DNA of 64,000 nt from an uncultured Chloroflexia bacterium (lineage in GTDB: Bacteria > Chloroflexota > Limnocylindria > Limnocylindrales > CSP1-4). Below the pieces are notes generated by a model. That model had not been told where the DNA came from. It made no database searches and was given only the letters and a program-made list of their open reading frames with translations. Positions 20,012 to 31,817 of the stretch are shown here, piece after piece (positions within the stretch are counted from its first letter, which is position 1; every line of letters starts with the position of its first letter). Where the stretch lies: positions 287,906 through 351,905 of the forward strand of contig CAVQQU010000006.1 in NCBI GenBank assembly GCA_963715085.1, read 5' to 3'. A program made the translations under genes and the position numbers.

Positions 20012-22512
20012 GAGTCCCGCTCTCCTGGCTCCGGGACTACGTCGACGTCCAGCTCGATCCCGAGAAGCTCGCCGAGCGCCTCACGCTCCTCGGGATGGAG
20101 GTCAAGGGGATCGAGCGCTGGGGCGCGGACTGGCGCAACGTCGTCACCGGCGAGCTGCTGGAGGTCGCGCGGCATCCGCGCGCCGACCGTCTCTCGCTGA
20201 CCCGCGTCCGGGTGGGCGACGAGGTGCTCGAGATCGTCTGCGGCGCCACGAACATCGCCGCGGGCCAGCGGATTCCCGTGGCCCTGCCCGGGGCCGTCCT
20301 GCCGGGCAACCGGCTCATCGAGCGGACCGAGAAGATGGGCGCCGTCAGCAACGGGATGCTCTGCTCCGGCGACGAGCTGCGCCTGACCGGCGACGCGGAT
20401 GGGATCCTGATCCTGCCGGCGGACACGCCCCTCGGCGTCCCGCTCGTCGATCTCTACGGCGACGTCGTCCTGGACGTGGACGTCAAGCCGAACCGCGGCG
20501 ACGCGCTCTGCCTCGTCGGGCTCGCGCGCGAGGTCGCGGCCGTGACCGGGGCCCCCGTGCGCCTCCCGGAGATCCACCTGGCGGAGGCGCCCGGCCCGTC
20601 CACCAGCGGATCGGCTCGCCGTGACGGTGGCCGACCCGAGCCTGTGCCCGCGCTTCGTCGGGCGTTGGGTCGGCGGCGTCACCGTCGGCACGCGCACCGG
20701 ATCGCGTCCAGATGCGCCTCCTGGCGGCCGGCATGCGGCCGGTCAGCAACGTGGTGGACGCCACCAACTACGTGATGCTCGAGCTCGGCAAGCCAACCCA
20801 CGCCTTCGACGCCGCCGCGATCGCGCGGGACGCGTCGGGACGTGCCGGGTTGGGCGTTCGCCTGGCGCGTCGAAGGCGAGCGCCTCGAGACGCTCGACCA
20901 CGTCGTACGCGGCCTCACCCCGGACACCCTGCTCATCGCCGACGCCCGCGGCCCGCTCGCGATGGCCGGCGTCATGGGCGGCGCCGATTCCGAGGTCTCC
21001 GACGCGACCAGCGAGGTCGTCATCGAGTCGGCCGTCTTCGACCCGGTGAGCATTCGCCGGACAGCGTTCCGCCACGCGCTGCGCTCCGAGGCCAGCCTGC
21101 GCTTCGAGAAGGGCCAGGAGGCGAGGCTCGCCCGACTCGGTGCCGATCGCGTGGCGGAGCTCATCGCTGCCTGGGCGGGCGGCGCCGTCGCGGCCGGACG
21201 CGTGGACACCGCTCCCGTCGAGCCGAGCGAGGCGCCCGTGGCCTTCCGGCCGGGTCGCGTCAACCGGCTCCTCGGGACCACCTTCGAGCCAGGCGAGCAG
21301 GCGGCCCTGCTGGCGCGCGTGGGAATCGGCGTCGAGCCGGGCGCCAGCGGCACGACCATCCCGGTCGCGGCCGGCGAGAAGCCGCTCATGATCGCCAGCA
21401 TGGAGCCGGCCATCGTGGCGATGGTCCCCACCTGGCGGCGCGACCTCCAGATCGAGGCCGACATCGCCGAGGAGATCGCGCGTGTTCGCGGCTACGACGC
21501 GGTGCCGACGAAGACACCCGACACGGCGATGCCGCACTTCCGGCCGGATCCGCTCGAGGTGCGCGGCGCGTTGCGCCACGCGCTGGCCGGCGCCGGTCTC
21601 AGCGAGGTCGTGACGCCGGCGCTCGTCCCGGAGGGCCAGGCCGCGCGCCTGCGCTGGCCGGTCGACGCCGCCAACGGCGTGTCCGGCGCCGATGCCGTCG
21701 CCGGCGCCCTGGTTCGTGCCCGCAACCCGCTCTCCGAGCGTCATGCCGTCCTCCGGTCGGGCCTGGTCGGCAGCCTCCTGGACGTGCTGGCCTTCAATGA
21801 GCGTCATGGCCATCGCGACGCCGCGATCTTCGAGATCGGCAAGGGCTACGCCCGCGGGACCGACGGATCGCCGGCGGAGTGGTGGCGCCTCGGCTTCCTG
21901 CTGGCGGGCGACGCGATCGCGCCGACGTGGAGCCTCCCGGGCCGGTCATGGGACGTGGAGGACGCAAAGGCGATCGCGGCCCTGGCTGCCCGGGTCATCG
22001 GCGCCGGCGTGCCGGTCTTCCGGGTCCACGCCGCCGGCGAGCCCCTCCATCCCGGCCGCGCGGCGCGCGTGGAGGCCCCTGGAGAGCTGCACGGGCTGGT
22101 CGGGGAGCTGCACCCGGCGACGCTCGCGGCGTGGGATCTGCGGGCCGAGCGGGTCCTCGTCGGCGAGCTCTCGATCGCGGGCCTCGATGGCGGCGGCCGC
22201 GCTGCCGTACGGGCTGGGCCGCCGGGGCGGCACGCGGGCGCGGAGCGCGACGTCGCGCTCGTCGTGGCCGACGACGTCCCCGCCGGAGCGGTGGCGGCGA
22301 CGCTCCGCGAGGCCGGCGGCGATCTCCTGAGGTCCCTGGTCCTGTTCGACGTCTACCGCGGGGCCCCCCTGGCCGAGGCAGAGAAGAGCCTGGCGTGGCG
22401 GCTCACGATCCGGGCCGATGATCGCGCCCTCGAGGACCGCGAGATCGAGGCGCTCGTCGACCGCCTCGTGGCCGATGTGGCTGCCGCCCATGGGGGTCGC
22501 CTGCGAGCCTGA
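20008..22512 (+). CDS. pheT: phenylalanyl-tRNA synthetase beta subunit; about 4 frame changes
   Basis: [14 protein letters not shown]...GMEVKGIER...[12 protein letters not shown]...[11 protein letters not shown]...[14 protein letters not shown]. Later segments are [35 protein letters not shown], and [22 protein letters not shown]. The C-terminal FDVYRG...KSLAWRLT block ends at 22512. ATG overlaps the pheS stop (ATGA). Confidence 0.9.
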
Positions 22513-22652
22513 TTCGATGCCCTCCCGGTGCGGGCACGCGCCGGAAGCGGTTGCGGCTACCTGAACGCGCAGCGTAGAGTGGCAGACGGTCGCCGGGGGA
22601 CTACGGCGACACGCATGAAGGGACGCCGCGGGCGTTCGGAAGCGGAGGCTGC

Positions 22653-23235
22653 GTGGACGTCGTCGAGTTCATCCAGGGACTCAACCTCTTCGACATCCTG
22701 GTCGTCTTCTTCGTGGCGGCCTTCTTCGTGGTGGGCTACATCCAGGGTACCCTGCGTCGCGCGCTCGGGCTCGCGATCGCGCTGGTGTCGCTGCTGCTCG
22801 CGCTCAACCTGCGTGACCCCCTCGGCGCCTGGCTGGCCCAGTACTGGAGGCAGCTGCCGCAGGCCTACGTGTACATGCTCGCGCTCGGCGGGAGCTTCCT
22901 CGTGATCTACGTCCTCGGCTCCATCACCGTCCAGACCTTCTACCGGAAGACGGTCGTCTTCTCGAAGGCGACCGTGGTGGACGAGGCCCTCGGCGGGATC
23001 CTGGGCGCGGTCCAGGCGCTCCTGCTCGTGAGCGCGCTGATCATCACCCTGGACTCGTACTACGCCGCAACCGGGCGTCCTCACGAACCCCAACGAGCTG
23101 GGGATCCTGGGCGACATCTACACGTTCTACAACGCGTCCCAGGTGGTCGAGCTCTTCCGGGACTCGCTCATCCCGCTCTTCTTCACCCTGTTCGGCTGGA
23201 TCGTCCCTCCGGACCTCGCCGAGATGTACACCTGA
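22653..23235 (+). CDS. CvpA-family membrane protein; 1 frame change near 23070
   Basis: ORF 22653..23273 has an N-terminal 140 aa with 3-4 TM spans (FDILVVFFVAAFFVVGYIQG and LGLAIALVSLLLAL). The tail, read in the next frame, is NELGILGDIYTFYNASQVVELFRDSLIPLFFTLFGWIVPPDLAEMYT, ending at TGA 23233-23235. Confidence 0.6.
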
Positions 23236-23259
23236 CGCCCTCGGCCGACCTGGCCCTCC

Positions 23260-23914
23260 TTGCTCGCGGGTGACGTCGTCGAGGCAGCCCGCGGTCTGAT
23301 CGGGGTTCTTCTGGTGCGCGAGCAGGGAGGGGAGCGCCGCACCGGCAGGATCGTCGAGGTGGAGGCCTACGCAGGCCCCGAGGACCGTGCCTCGCACGCC
23401 CGGTTCGGGCCCGGGTCGCGCGCCGCCACGATGTTCGGCCCGCCGGGCCATGCGTACGTGTACGGTGTCTACGGGATGCACCTCTGTCTCAACGTCGTCG
23501 TCGGGCCCGCCGGATCAGGGCGCCGCCGATCCTCCTTCGCGCCGTGGAGCCGCTCGCAGGGCATGCCGGCCATGCGGCTGGCGCGTCTTGCCGCCTCGGT
23601 GGCGCGACGTCGCGCCGCTGCCGCCGACCCCGAGACCGAGGCCGCCCGGATCGCGCGGCTCCCGGCCGAGCGCCTGGCCGCCGGCCCGGCGAACCTCGCC
23701 GCCGCCTTCGGCGTCGAGCGTCGTGACGACGGACGTCGACCTCCTCGACCCGGCCGGCCCCCTGCGCCTGGAGTCGGCCGCGTGCGGGCGACCCTGCGCG
23801 CGAGGTCGTGGCCACCGCTCGGGTCGGCGTGGGCTACGCCGGGCCGGGGTGGGCCGATCGTCCCGTGGCGGTTCGTCGCGGGCCGGGGCCGCGACCGGGG
23901 ACCCTGCGCCCTGA
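23260..23914 (+). CDS. mpg: DNA-3-methyladenine glycosylase (Mpg/AAG family); about 3 frame changes, 3' end approximate
   Basis: [71 protein letters not shown], then [11 protein letters not shown], then [19 protein letters not shown] in other frames. Confidence 0.8.
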
Positions 23915-26288
23915 TGGACGCCAAGTCGATCGCCCTCTTGGAGTTCCCCCAGGTCCGCGAGCGCCTCGCCGCGGCCACGGGGTTCCCGCCCGGGCGGCGC
24001 CTCGCCGAGGCGCTCCTGCCGTCGGCGGACCCCGTGCTCGTCGAGATCGGCCTCGAGGAGACGTCGCAGGTGCGGGCCCTGCTTGCGGAACGGCCGAGCG
24101 CGGGCATCGGGGGCGCTCACGACATCGGCCCGGCCGTGGATCGCGCCGCCCGCGGCGGTCGGCTCGATGCGGTCCAGTTCGCCGCGATCGCCCAGACGCT
24201 CGAAGCGGCATCGCGCCTGCGCGACCTCCTGGCCGACGACCGCCGGTCGCTCCTCCACGAGCTGGCGCGCAGCCTCCATCCGCTGCCGGGCCTGCGCTCG
24301 ACGCTGGAGCGGAGCTTCGACCCGACCGGGGAGCTGCTCGACACGGCGTCGCCGCGCCTGGGCGCCCTGCGCCGGGCGACGCGGCACGCCTACGAGCGCC
24401 TGCGGACCCGGCTCGAGCAGCTGGTCCACTCGAGCGACGTGGGCGGCGCCCTCCAGGACCCGATCGTCACCCTCCGCAACGGGCGCTACGTGATCCCGGT
24501 GCGAGCCGATGCCCGGAGCCGCGTCAAGGGGATCGTCCACGACGCGTCGGGCAGCGGGCAGACGCTCTTCGTCGAGCCGCTCGTGGCCGTCGAGCTCGGC
24601 AATGCCTGGCGCGAGGCACAGCTGGCCGAGGCCGCCGAGATCGAGCGGATCCTCGACGAGCTGTCGGCCCTCGTCGGCAGCCAGGCCGGCCTGCATCAGC
24701 GAGACGCTCGACGCCCTCGCCCGGTTCGACTTCTGGAGCGCGAAGGCGCGCCTGGCAGAGGAGATGGACGCGGTCCGGGCCGAGCCCTCCGACGCGCACC
24801 GAGATCGTCCTCGCGGGGTGCCCGCCACCCGGGACTCACGGGGCGGGTCGTCCCGATCGACGTCGAGCTGGGGACCGACTTCCGGGCCCTCATCGTGACC
24901 GGCCCCAACACCGGCGGGAAGACCGTGACGCTGCGGACCATCGGGCTCCTCGTCCTGATGCACCAGGCCGGCCTCCACGTGCCCGCGGATCCCGGCAGCC
25001 GCCTCCCGGTCCTGGTGGACCTGTTCGCCGACATCGGCGACGAGCAGAGCGTCGCCCAGAGCCTCTCGACCTTCTCGGGCCACCTGCGCTCGATCGTGCG
25101 GATCGCCGCCGCCGCCGGACCAGCCACCCTGGTCCTGCTCGACGAGCTCGGGGCCGGGACCGACCCGACGGAGGGCTCGGCCCTTGCCCAGGCCCTGCTC
25201 GACCACTTCCTGCGCACCGGCGCCCTGGTGGCCGCGACGACCCACTACGCCGAGCTGAAGGTCTACGCCCACACGACCCCCGACGTGCGCAACGCGTCGG
25301 TCGAGTTCGACCTCGAGACGCCTCTCGCCGACCTACCACCTCCGGATCGGCCTGCCCGGCGGAAGCCAGGCCTTCGCCATCGCCGAGCGGCTCGGCCTGC
25401 CCGCCTCGATCGTGGCCGACGCCCGCTCGCGCCTGAGCGAAGGGCAGCAGGCGTTCGAGGAGACTCTTGCCTCCATCCGCGCGGCCGACCTCGCCACGCG
25501 CGAGGCGCTGGACCGGGCGCGGGCCGCCGAGCAGCGGGCCGCCGAGTCGCAGCGGGTCGCCGACGAGGAGCGCCGGCGAGCCCGCCGCGAGCGCGATGAG
25601 TCGGTGGCCGCCGCACGCGCCGACGCCGAGCGCATCGTCGAGGATCTGCGCGCGGACGTGAGCGGGGCCCGCCGACGCCTCGAACGCGAGACGGTCACCG
25701 GGCCGGCGCTCGACGAGGTCGTCGAGCGCGCCGAGGCGCGCCTGGAGCGGCTCCCCGCCCCGGCCCCCGCTCCGGCACCGGTCCCGCAGGCTGCGCCCGT
25801 GGCCTGGCGTGTCGGCGGCTCGCGCGCGCAGCCGGTCGGGAGGCTGGGAGGGCCGGATCGTGGCGCTCGAGCGCGGGGGCAGGCGAGCGACGCTCGAGGT
25901 CGGCGGCATGCGCGTCTCAGCGGCCACCGCCGATCTCGAGCTGCCGGCAACCCCGGGCGGCGAGGCGTCCCGCCCATCGCGGTCGGATGGAGCGATGACG
26001 GAGGCGGCCTCCGGGATCAGCCGGCTCCGGCTCGATCGCGCGCGGACCGTCGCGTCGTCACTCGACGTGCGCGGGGCCCGGGTGGAAGAGGCGCTCGAGG
26101 TGGTGGAGCGCTACCTGGAGGACGCCTCCCTGGCCGGCCTCGAGCGGGCGATGATCATCCACGGCCTGGGCACAGGGGCCCTCCGCGATGCCGTCCGATC
26201 ACTGGCGTCCGCGCATCCCCTGGTCCGGTCGGTCCGCGCGGGCGAGCGCGGCGAGGGCGGGGACGGCGCGACGGTCGTGACCCTCTAG
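23914..26288 (+). CDS. mutS2: endonuclease MutS2 (MutS domain V ATPase plus C-terminal Smr); about 5 frame changes
   Basis: [19 protein letters not shown]..., [12 protein letters not shown]...[17 protein letters not shown], and [33 protein letters not shown]...STFSGHL...[16 protein letters not shown]. The Smr tail is [45 protein letters not shown], ending at 26288. Confidence 0.9.
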
Positions 26289-28994
26289 GGCTGCGGCTGG
26301 GGGTTGCCACCGGGTCCGCCGGCGCCCTCACCGCTCCCGGGATCGGGAGGTGGCGTCTCGCCGGGGGGCAGGGATTCCCAGGGCAAGGGGGACTCGGACG
26401 GGAACGGCTCGGGCGTCGGGAGGGGGATCTCGCACAGCTCGGTCGGCGCGAACGGGGCGCCCCACGTCTTGCCGAACGGGTTCCAGACGCCGCTCTCGTA
26501 GAAGTACGTGGTGCGCGTCTTCTCCGGCCCGCCGGCATACCCGGAGCCCTTCGCGGCGCGCGCGATCCAGCCCTGGTTGTACTTCCCCCAGGCCGCGAAC
26601 TCGGACTCGACACCGGAGAGGTTCAGGAAGCCCTTGACCTCCTTCGGGCCGGTGCAGCCCTCCTGCCAGAGGTTGCCCGTCGCCGTGTCGATCTCGATCG
26701 CCGACCTTCGTGTTGTCCACCTGGGTGGGCACGGTGCCCTCGATGAACCACTCCTTCACGGAACGCGTGGTGAACGGGCCGGGCCGCATGCCCGCTGAAG
26801 GCGTCCACGGATGCCTGCACCACGCCCGGCGGCCGGCTGAAGGTGGCGATCGGCGTGCCCTTGCTGGCCTGGGTCAGGAAGGATTGCCAGAGCGAGGCGG
26901 CCGATTCGAGGGCGACCACGCCCTTGGGCGGCTCGGAGTTGTCGCTGTTGCCCATCCAGGCGCCGACGACGAGGGCCGGGGCATCGGGATCCTCGGGCGG
27001 GGCCAGGAAGCCGACGGCCGTGAGGTCGATCGTGGAGTCCGTGGTCCCGGTCTTCAGCGCGGCGGGACGACGCGTCTTGCCGTCGTAGATCGCCCGCTTG
27101 CTCCAGAACGGGTTCTGGGCCGGGTCGGTGTTGGAGCTGAGGATGTCGCTCACGACGAAGGCGGCCTGGGGGCTGACCACCCGCTTGCCCGTGGGCGCTG
27201 CCGCCTGAAGCGGCCAGATCTTCTCGCCCCGCGTGTTGCGGACCTCGAGGATGGTCGTCCGGGGCATGAGCACGCCCCCGTTGGCGATCGCGCCGTAGGC
27301 ACCGATCAGGTCGATCATGTGGACCTCGACGGTGCCGATCGCGATCGCCGCTCCGCCGGGGTTGGTGGGGCTCTGGTAGCGGATCCCGAAGTCCTTGGCG
27401 CGCTCATAGACGCGGTCGGGTCCGATCCGGATCGCGGCCTTGATGGCCGGGATGTTCAGCGACACCTGCAGGGCCTGCCGGAGCCGCAGGGGCCCGCGCT
27501 CCATGCGGTCGGCATCGACGGGCGTCCAGCCGCCGCCGAAGTCGGTGACGACGTCCATGAACATCGTCGCGGCGGTCAGCGTCCGGTCCTCGATCCCGAT
27601 GACGTAGTTGATCGGCTTGAACGCGGACCCGGGCTGGCGCCAGCCGTCCTCGAGGACGTCGAACTGGGGCTGGAACTTCTTGTTGCCCTTCAGGTAGAAG
27701 CCGGCGCTCCCCGTGTAGGCATGCACCTGGCCGGTGCGGTAGTCGATGGCGGCCAGGGCGCCGTTGTGGACCCCGGTGCCCCGCATGTTCTTGATCCACG
27801 ACTGGTAGGGGATCTTGAGCTTCTCGAGATACGCCGCCGTGTCCTTGGCGTTGGGCGCCCGGGCCCCGGCCTCGGTCCACTTCTCGGCCATCCGCTGCAG
27901 CCGCCAGTCCAGGGTCGTGATGACCGTGTACCCGCCCGAGTCGACCTGCGGGCAGTTGTCGGCGGCGTCGGGGCCGCACAGGATCCGACCGAGCTCGCTG
28001 CGCGCCTGGAGCACGAAGTGCGGCGCCAGGATCCGCCGGTTGGCGGGGGGAGTCAGGATGACCGGCTCCTCGATGGCGCGATCGTAGTCCTCGGCCGTGT
28101 AGACACCGGCGGTCAGCACGGAGCGGGTTCTCATCTGCTCGATGACCCGGTTGCGGCGAACCACCACCGGCGAGTCGGCCGGGACCACGAGCCGCGTCGT
28201 GCCGTCCGGCAGCTCTTCCTCGACCGCGTTGCGGATGAGGTCGTAGGTGCTCGGGGACTGCACCATCCCGGCGAGGATCGCGGCCTGGGCGAGGGTCAGC
28301 TTGTCGAGGCTGATGCCCCAGTAGCCGCGCGCGGCGGCCGCGATGCCGTAGCTGTTGTTGCCGAAGAAGTTGTCGTTCAGGTAGGCCGCGATGATCTTCT
28401 TCTTGCCCTCCTCGCCGGGGAAGGCCTGGGTCAGGCGGATCGACTGGATGATCTCGCGGATCTTCCGTTCGTAGGTGGTCGTGAAGGCGGACTCGGGCAG
28501 GAGCCGGTTGCGCACCAGCTGCTGGGTGATGGTGGAAGCCCCGCGGGCCCTGCCGGTGAGCGTGTCGAGCCCCGCCGAGATGATGCCGAGGGGATCGAAG
28601 CCGGCGTTCTCCCAGAAGGTCTTGTCCTCGATGGCCGTGGTCGCGTCAACCATCACCGCCGGGATCTGCTCGAAGGTCACGACGTCCCGCCGCTCGCGGG
28701 CGAAGGTCGCGAGGGTCACCTTCCCGGTGCGGTCGTAGACGCGCGTCTCCTCGTCGAACTTGATGTTGCCGAAGACCTCCGTCGGATCGGGAGGCCCTGG
28801 CTGTAGTACGAGAAGGCCGTGACGGCGCCGGCGAACCCGGTGGCGCCCACGACGAGGAGCGAGGCGAAGAGAAAGAGCGGGATGGCAATGGCGATGCCGG
28901 CGACGGTGCGCGTTCCGGACGAGGAGCGGTGGCCGGAGCCGTTCCGGCGACGGCGCTGCCGCCGCGCGAGGCTGGTCTGCATGTGGTCGGTCAC
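26285..28994 (-). CDS. class A penicillin-binding protein (PBP1A-type glycosyltransferase/transpeptidase); about 3 frame changes
   Basis: ORF 28716..28994 gives the TM anchor. ORF 26623..29190 gives the GT51 motifs (AIEDKTFWENAGFD, RGASTITQQLVRN, RKIREI) and the TP motifs (GSAFKP, SLN, KTGTT). The C-terminal Pro-rich tail, read from other frames, ends PGGNPQPQP at the stop 26285-26287. Confidence 0.9.
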
Positions 28995-29047
28995 GATAGC
29001 ATAGAGGGCATGGATTCCCGTTCGGTGCCCCCGGGTCGTTTCGACGC

Positions 29048-30382
29048 GTGCAAGCGGCGGCGTGTGACGCCGTGAGCACGACCCGCCTCTCGACGTTGCT
29101 CGCCGACTTCCGCTGGCGCGGCCTCGTCCACGACATGACGGACGGCCTGGAGGCTCGCCTGGCCACGAACGAGCTGATCCGGGCGTACAACGGGTTCGAT
29201 CCGACGTTCCGCTCGCTCCACGTGGGCCATCTCGTGCCCGTCTATGGCCTGATGCGGCTCCAGCGCGCCGGTGGCCAGCCGGTGGCAGTGGTCGGCGGGG
29301 CGACGGGGCTGATCGGAGACCCGTCGGGGCGGTCGAGCGAGCGACCGCTTCTCGATCGGCCGGCCGTCCAGGCGAACGTCCATGCCATTCGCGACCAGCT
29401 CGCGCGGTTCCTCGATTTCAGCCCCGGCGCCACCCAGGCCCTCGTGGTCAACAACCTCGACTGGCTGGGCGAGGTGCGGTTGCTCGACTTCCTGCGGGAC
29501 GTGGGCAAGCACTTCACGATCCCCTACATGCTCGAGAAGGATTCGGTGCAGGCACGACTGGCGAAGGGACTCTCCTTCACCGAGTTCAGCTACATGCTTC
29601 TCCAGGCAGCCGACTTCGCCCACCTGCGTCGTTCGCACGGGGTCGAGCTGCAGTGCGGCGGTGCCGACCAGTGGGGCAACATCACGGCCGGCCTGGAGCT
29701 GATCCGACGGACGGCACGCCCCGAGCCCGGTGGGCGGGATGCGGCCCATGGCCTTGCCTACCCCCTCCTGCTCTCGCGATCCGGGACGAAGTTCGGCAAG
29801 AGCGATGCCGGAGAGTCGATCTGGCTCGACGCCTCGCTCACGTCGCCTTATCGCTTCTACCAGTACTGGGTCGACGCGGACGACCAGGACGTCGGCGTCT
29901 ACCTCCGCTGGTTCACGATGCTCGACCGTGGCCGGATCGAGGAGCTCGAGGCTGAGCACGCCGCGGCGCCCGAGCGTCGCGTCTCCCAGCGCGCGCTGGC
30001 CCGCGACGTCACGGAGGTTGCCCATGGGCGGGGCGCGGCCGAACGCGTCGCCCGCGTGAGCGAGATCCTGTTCGGAGGGGACCCGACCCTTGCGGGAGCC
30101 CAGGCCCTGGCGGACCTTGCGGCCGAGATCCCGACCTCGCCCTGGCCGGAGGACGGTGCGTCGATGGACGTGCTGGCGATCCTCGTCGCGAGCGGAGCCG
30201 CCAGCTCGCGCGCGGACGCGCGCCGACTGGTCGAGCAGGGTGGCGTCCACGTCAACGGTGCGCTCGTCCGGGAGATCGCGGCCACGTTCGGACCCGACGA
30301 CCTGCTGGCCGGCCGGTACCTGCTCGTCCGCCGCGGGAAGCGCGACCAGCGGATGATCGTCCGCGGACTCGGACGGGCATGA
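29048..30382 (+). CDS. tyrS: tyrosyl-tRNA synthetase (intact)
   Basis: Intact 444-aa ORF with class I motifs: HVGHLVP (HIGH-like) and KFGKSD (KMSKS-like). A C-terminal S4-like domain is present. GTG 29072 (VSTTRLSTLLADFRWRGLV) is a likely alternative start. Confidence 0.93.
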   Translation: MQAAACDAVSTTRLSTLLADFRWRGLVHDMTDGLEARLATNELIRAYNGFDPTFRSLHVGHLVPVYGLMRLQRAGGQPVAVVGGATGLIGDPSGRSSERPLLDRPAVQANVHAIRDQLARFLDFSPGATQALVVNNLDWLGEVRLLDFLRDVGKHFTIPYMLEKDSVQARLAKGLSFTEFSYMLLQAADFAHLRRSHGVELQCGGADQWGNITAGLELIRRTARPEPGGRDAAHGLAYPLLLSRSGTKFGKSDAGESIWLDASLTSPYRFYQYWVDADDQDVGVYLRWFTMLDRGRIEELEAEHAAAPERRVSQRALARDVTEVAHGRGAAERVARVSEILFGGDPTLAGAQALADLAAEIPTSPWPEDGASMDVLAILVASGAASSRADARRLVEQGGVHVNGALVREIAATFGPDDLLAGRYLLVRRGKRDQRMIVRGLGRA

Positions 30383-30978
30383 GGGTGGCAGCCCGCGGGC
30401 ACGTCCAGGTCATCTCGGGATGCATGTTCAGCGGGAAGACCGATGAGCTGCTCCGTCTGCTCCGGCGCGCCGAGATCGCGCGGCGCCGGATTCTCCTCGT
30501 CCGGCCGGTGATCGACGACCGGACCGAGCTCGAGGTCGTGCGCAGCCGGTCCGGCGCCGCCTTCCAGTCGAAGGCCGTCGCAGACCCGTCGGAGATCGAG
30601 ACGCTCGCCAAGGATGCCTGGGCGGACGTCATCGCGATCGAGGAGGCTCAGTTCTTCCCGGATTCGCTCGTCGATGTCGTCGAACGGCTGGCGGTTGCCG
30701 GTCGGACCGTCCTGTGCTGCGGCCTGAACACCGACTTCCGCGGTCGTCCATTCGGCCCGATGCCGCGCCTCCTCGCGATCGCTGACGATGTCCGGTCCCT
30801 GTCCGCGATCTGCACCGTCTGCGGCGAGGAGGCGACGCGGACGCAACGGCTCATCGACGGCCGGCCGGCCGGGTCCGATGAGCCGGTCGTCGTGGTCGGC
30901 GGCCTCGCCTCGGAGAGCCCGACGCCGCGCCGGGAGACGTACGAGGCGCGCTGCCGCGCCCATCACGAGCTGCCGTAG
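30379..30978 (+). CDS. tdk: thymidine kinase (intact)
   Basis: 199-aa ORF: VISGCMFSGKTDELL (P-loop), IAIEEAQFF, and CTVCGEEATRTQRL...YEARCRAHH (zinc ribbon). ATG overlaps the tyrS stop (ATGA). Confidence 0.92.
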   Translation: MRVAARGHVQVISGCMFSGKTDELLRLLRRAEIARRRILLVRPVIDDRTELEVVRSRSGAAFQSKAVADPSEIETLAKDAWADVIAIEEAQFFPDSLVDVVERLAVAGRTVLCCGLNTDFRGRPFGPMPRLLAIADDVRSLSAICTVCGEEATRTQRLIDGRPAGSDEPVVVVGGLASESPTPRRETYEARCRAHHELP

Positions 30979-30993
30979 CGGCCCTGAAGCGCC

Positions 30994-31021
30994 GGCGATC
31001 CGGGCGATCCCGGGCGATCCG
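30994..31021. repeat. short tandem repeat (GGCGATCC(C)G x3) in the tdk/hisIE convergent intergenic region
   Basis: GGCGATCCG GGCGATCCCG GGCGATCCG read directly at 30994-31021. Confidence 0.7.
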
Positions 31022-31084
31022 GGCGCCCGATCGGAGCGGGGTCGGCGCGCCGGACGGGCGCGGCGTCGAAGCGCGGGCCTGCGC

Positions 31085-31817
31085 TCAGCCCCCGTGGCGG
31101 GCGCGCAGCCGGTCGATCATCGCCGCGGGTGGGAGGCCACGTTCCGCGAGGAGCACGAGGGCGTGGTACACGAGGTCTGCGGCCTCTCCGGCGAGAGCAT
31201 CGCGCGACGCGCTGCGGCCGCCACCGCTCGCCTCGGCGACGGCGTCGTCCTTGGCAGCCATCAGCAGCTCGGTCGCCTCCTCGACGACCTTGCGGGCGGG
31301 GCCGTCGACGCCCGCCCCGAGCAGGGAAGCCGTGTACGAGCCCTCCGGGCGACGAGCGGCCCGGTCGGCGATCGTCGCCCAGAGCTCCTCCAGCCAGGCG
31401 AACCCCTGGGCCGGGGCCTCGGGCAGGGGACCCGGTCGCTCGACGGCCGGGACCGGCGCGGCGGTCCCGTCGGGGTCGAAGCAGCTGCGCTCGCCGCGGT
31501 GGCAGGTCGGCCCGGTCGGCGTGACCCGGGCGAGGAGCGCGTCGCCGTCGCAGTCGAGGGCGAGGCCCACGAGCCGCAGGACGTTGCCGCTCGTCTCGCC
31601 CTTGCGCCACAGGGACTGCCGCGAGCGCGAGAAGAAGTGGACCTCACCCGTGGCGAGGGTGGCCGCGACTGCCTCCCCGTTGGCCCAGGCGAGCATGAGC
31701 ACCCGCCCGTCGACGGCATCCTGCACGACCACCGGCACGAGGCCGTCGCGTCCGTAGTGGAGCGCGCCGTGGTCGCGAAGCGGGACCGGCGGGGGAGGGG
31801 AGAGAGCGACCGTTCAT
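31085..31817 (-). CDS. hisI: bifunctional phosphoribosyl-AMP cyclohydrolase / phosphoribosyl-ATP pyrophosphatase; 1 frame change in a C-run near 31790
   Basis: ORF 31085..31738: [47 protein letters not shown]...CDGDALL, then the HisE part SYTASLL...[10 protein letters not shown]...[13 protein letters not shown]. The upstream in-frame [16 protein letters not shown] has no start codon. ATG 31817 overlaps the hisF stop (ATGA). Confidence 0.85.

Noticed and set aside
25735-25800. Repetitive CCGGCCCCCGCTCCGGCACCGG stretch inside mutS2.
   Set aside because: It translates to a [11 protein letters not shown] linker between the MutS2 coiled region and the Smr domain. It is a low-complexity coding sequence, not a repeat element.
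30994-31021. Short tandem repeat considered as a possible CRISPR or regulatory array.
   Set aside because: There are only three 9-10 nt units with no spacers, and no cas genes in the window. It is a simple GC-rich microsatellite in a convergent intergenic region.
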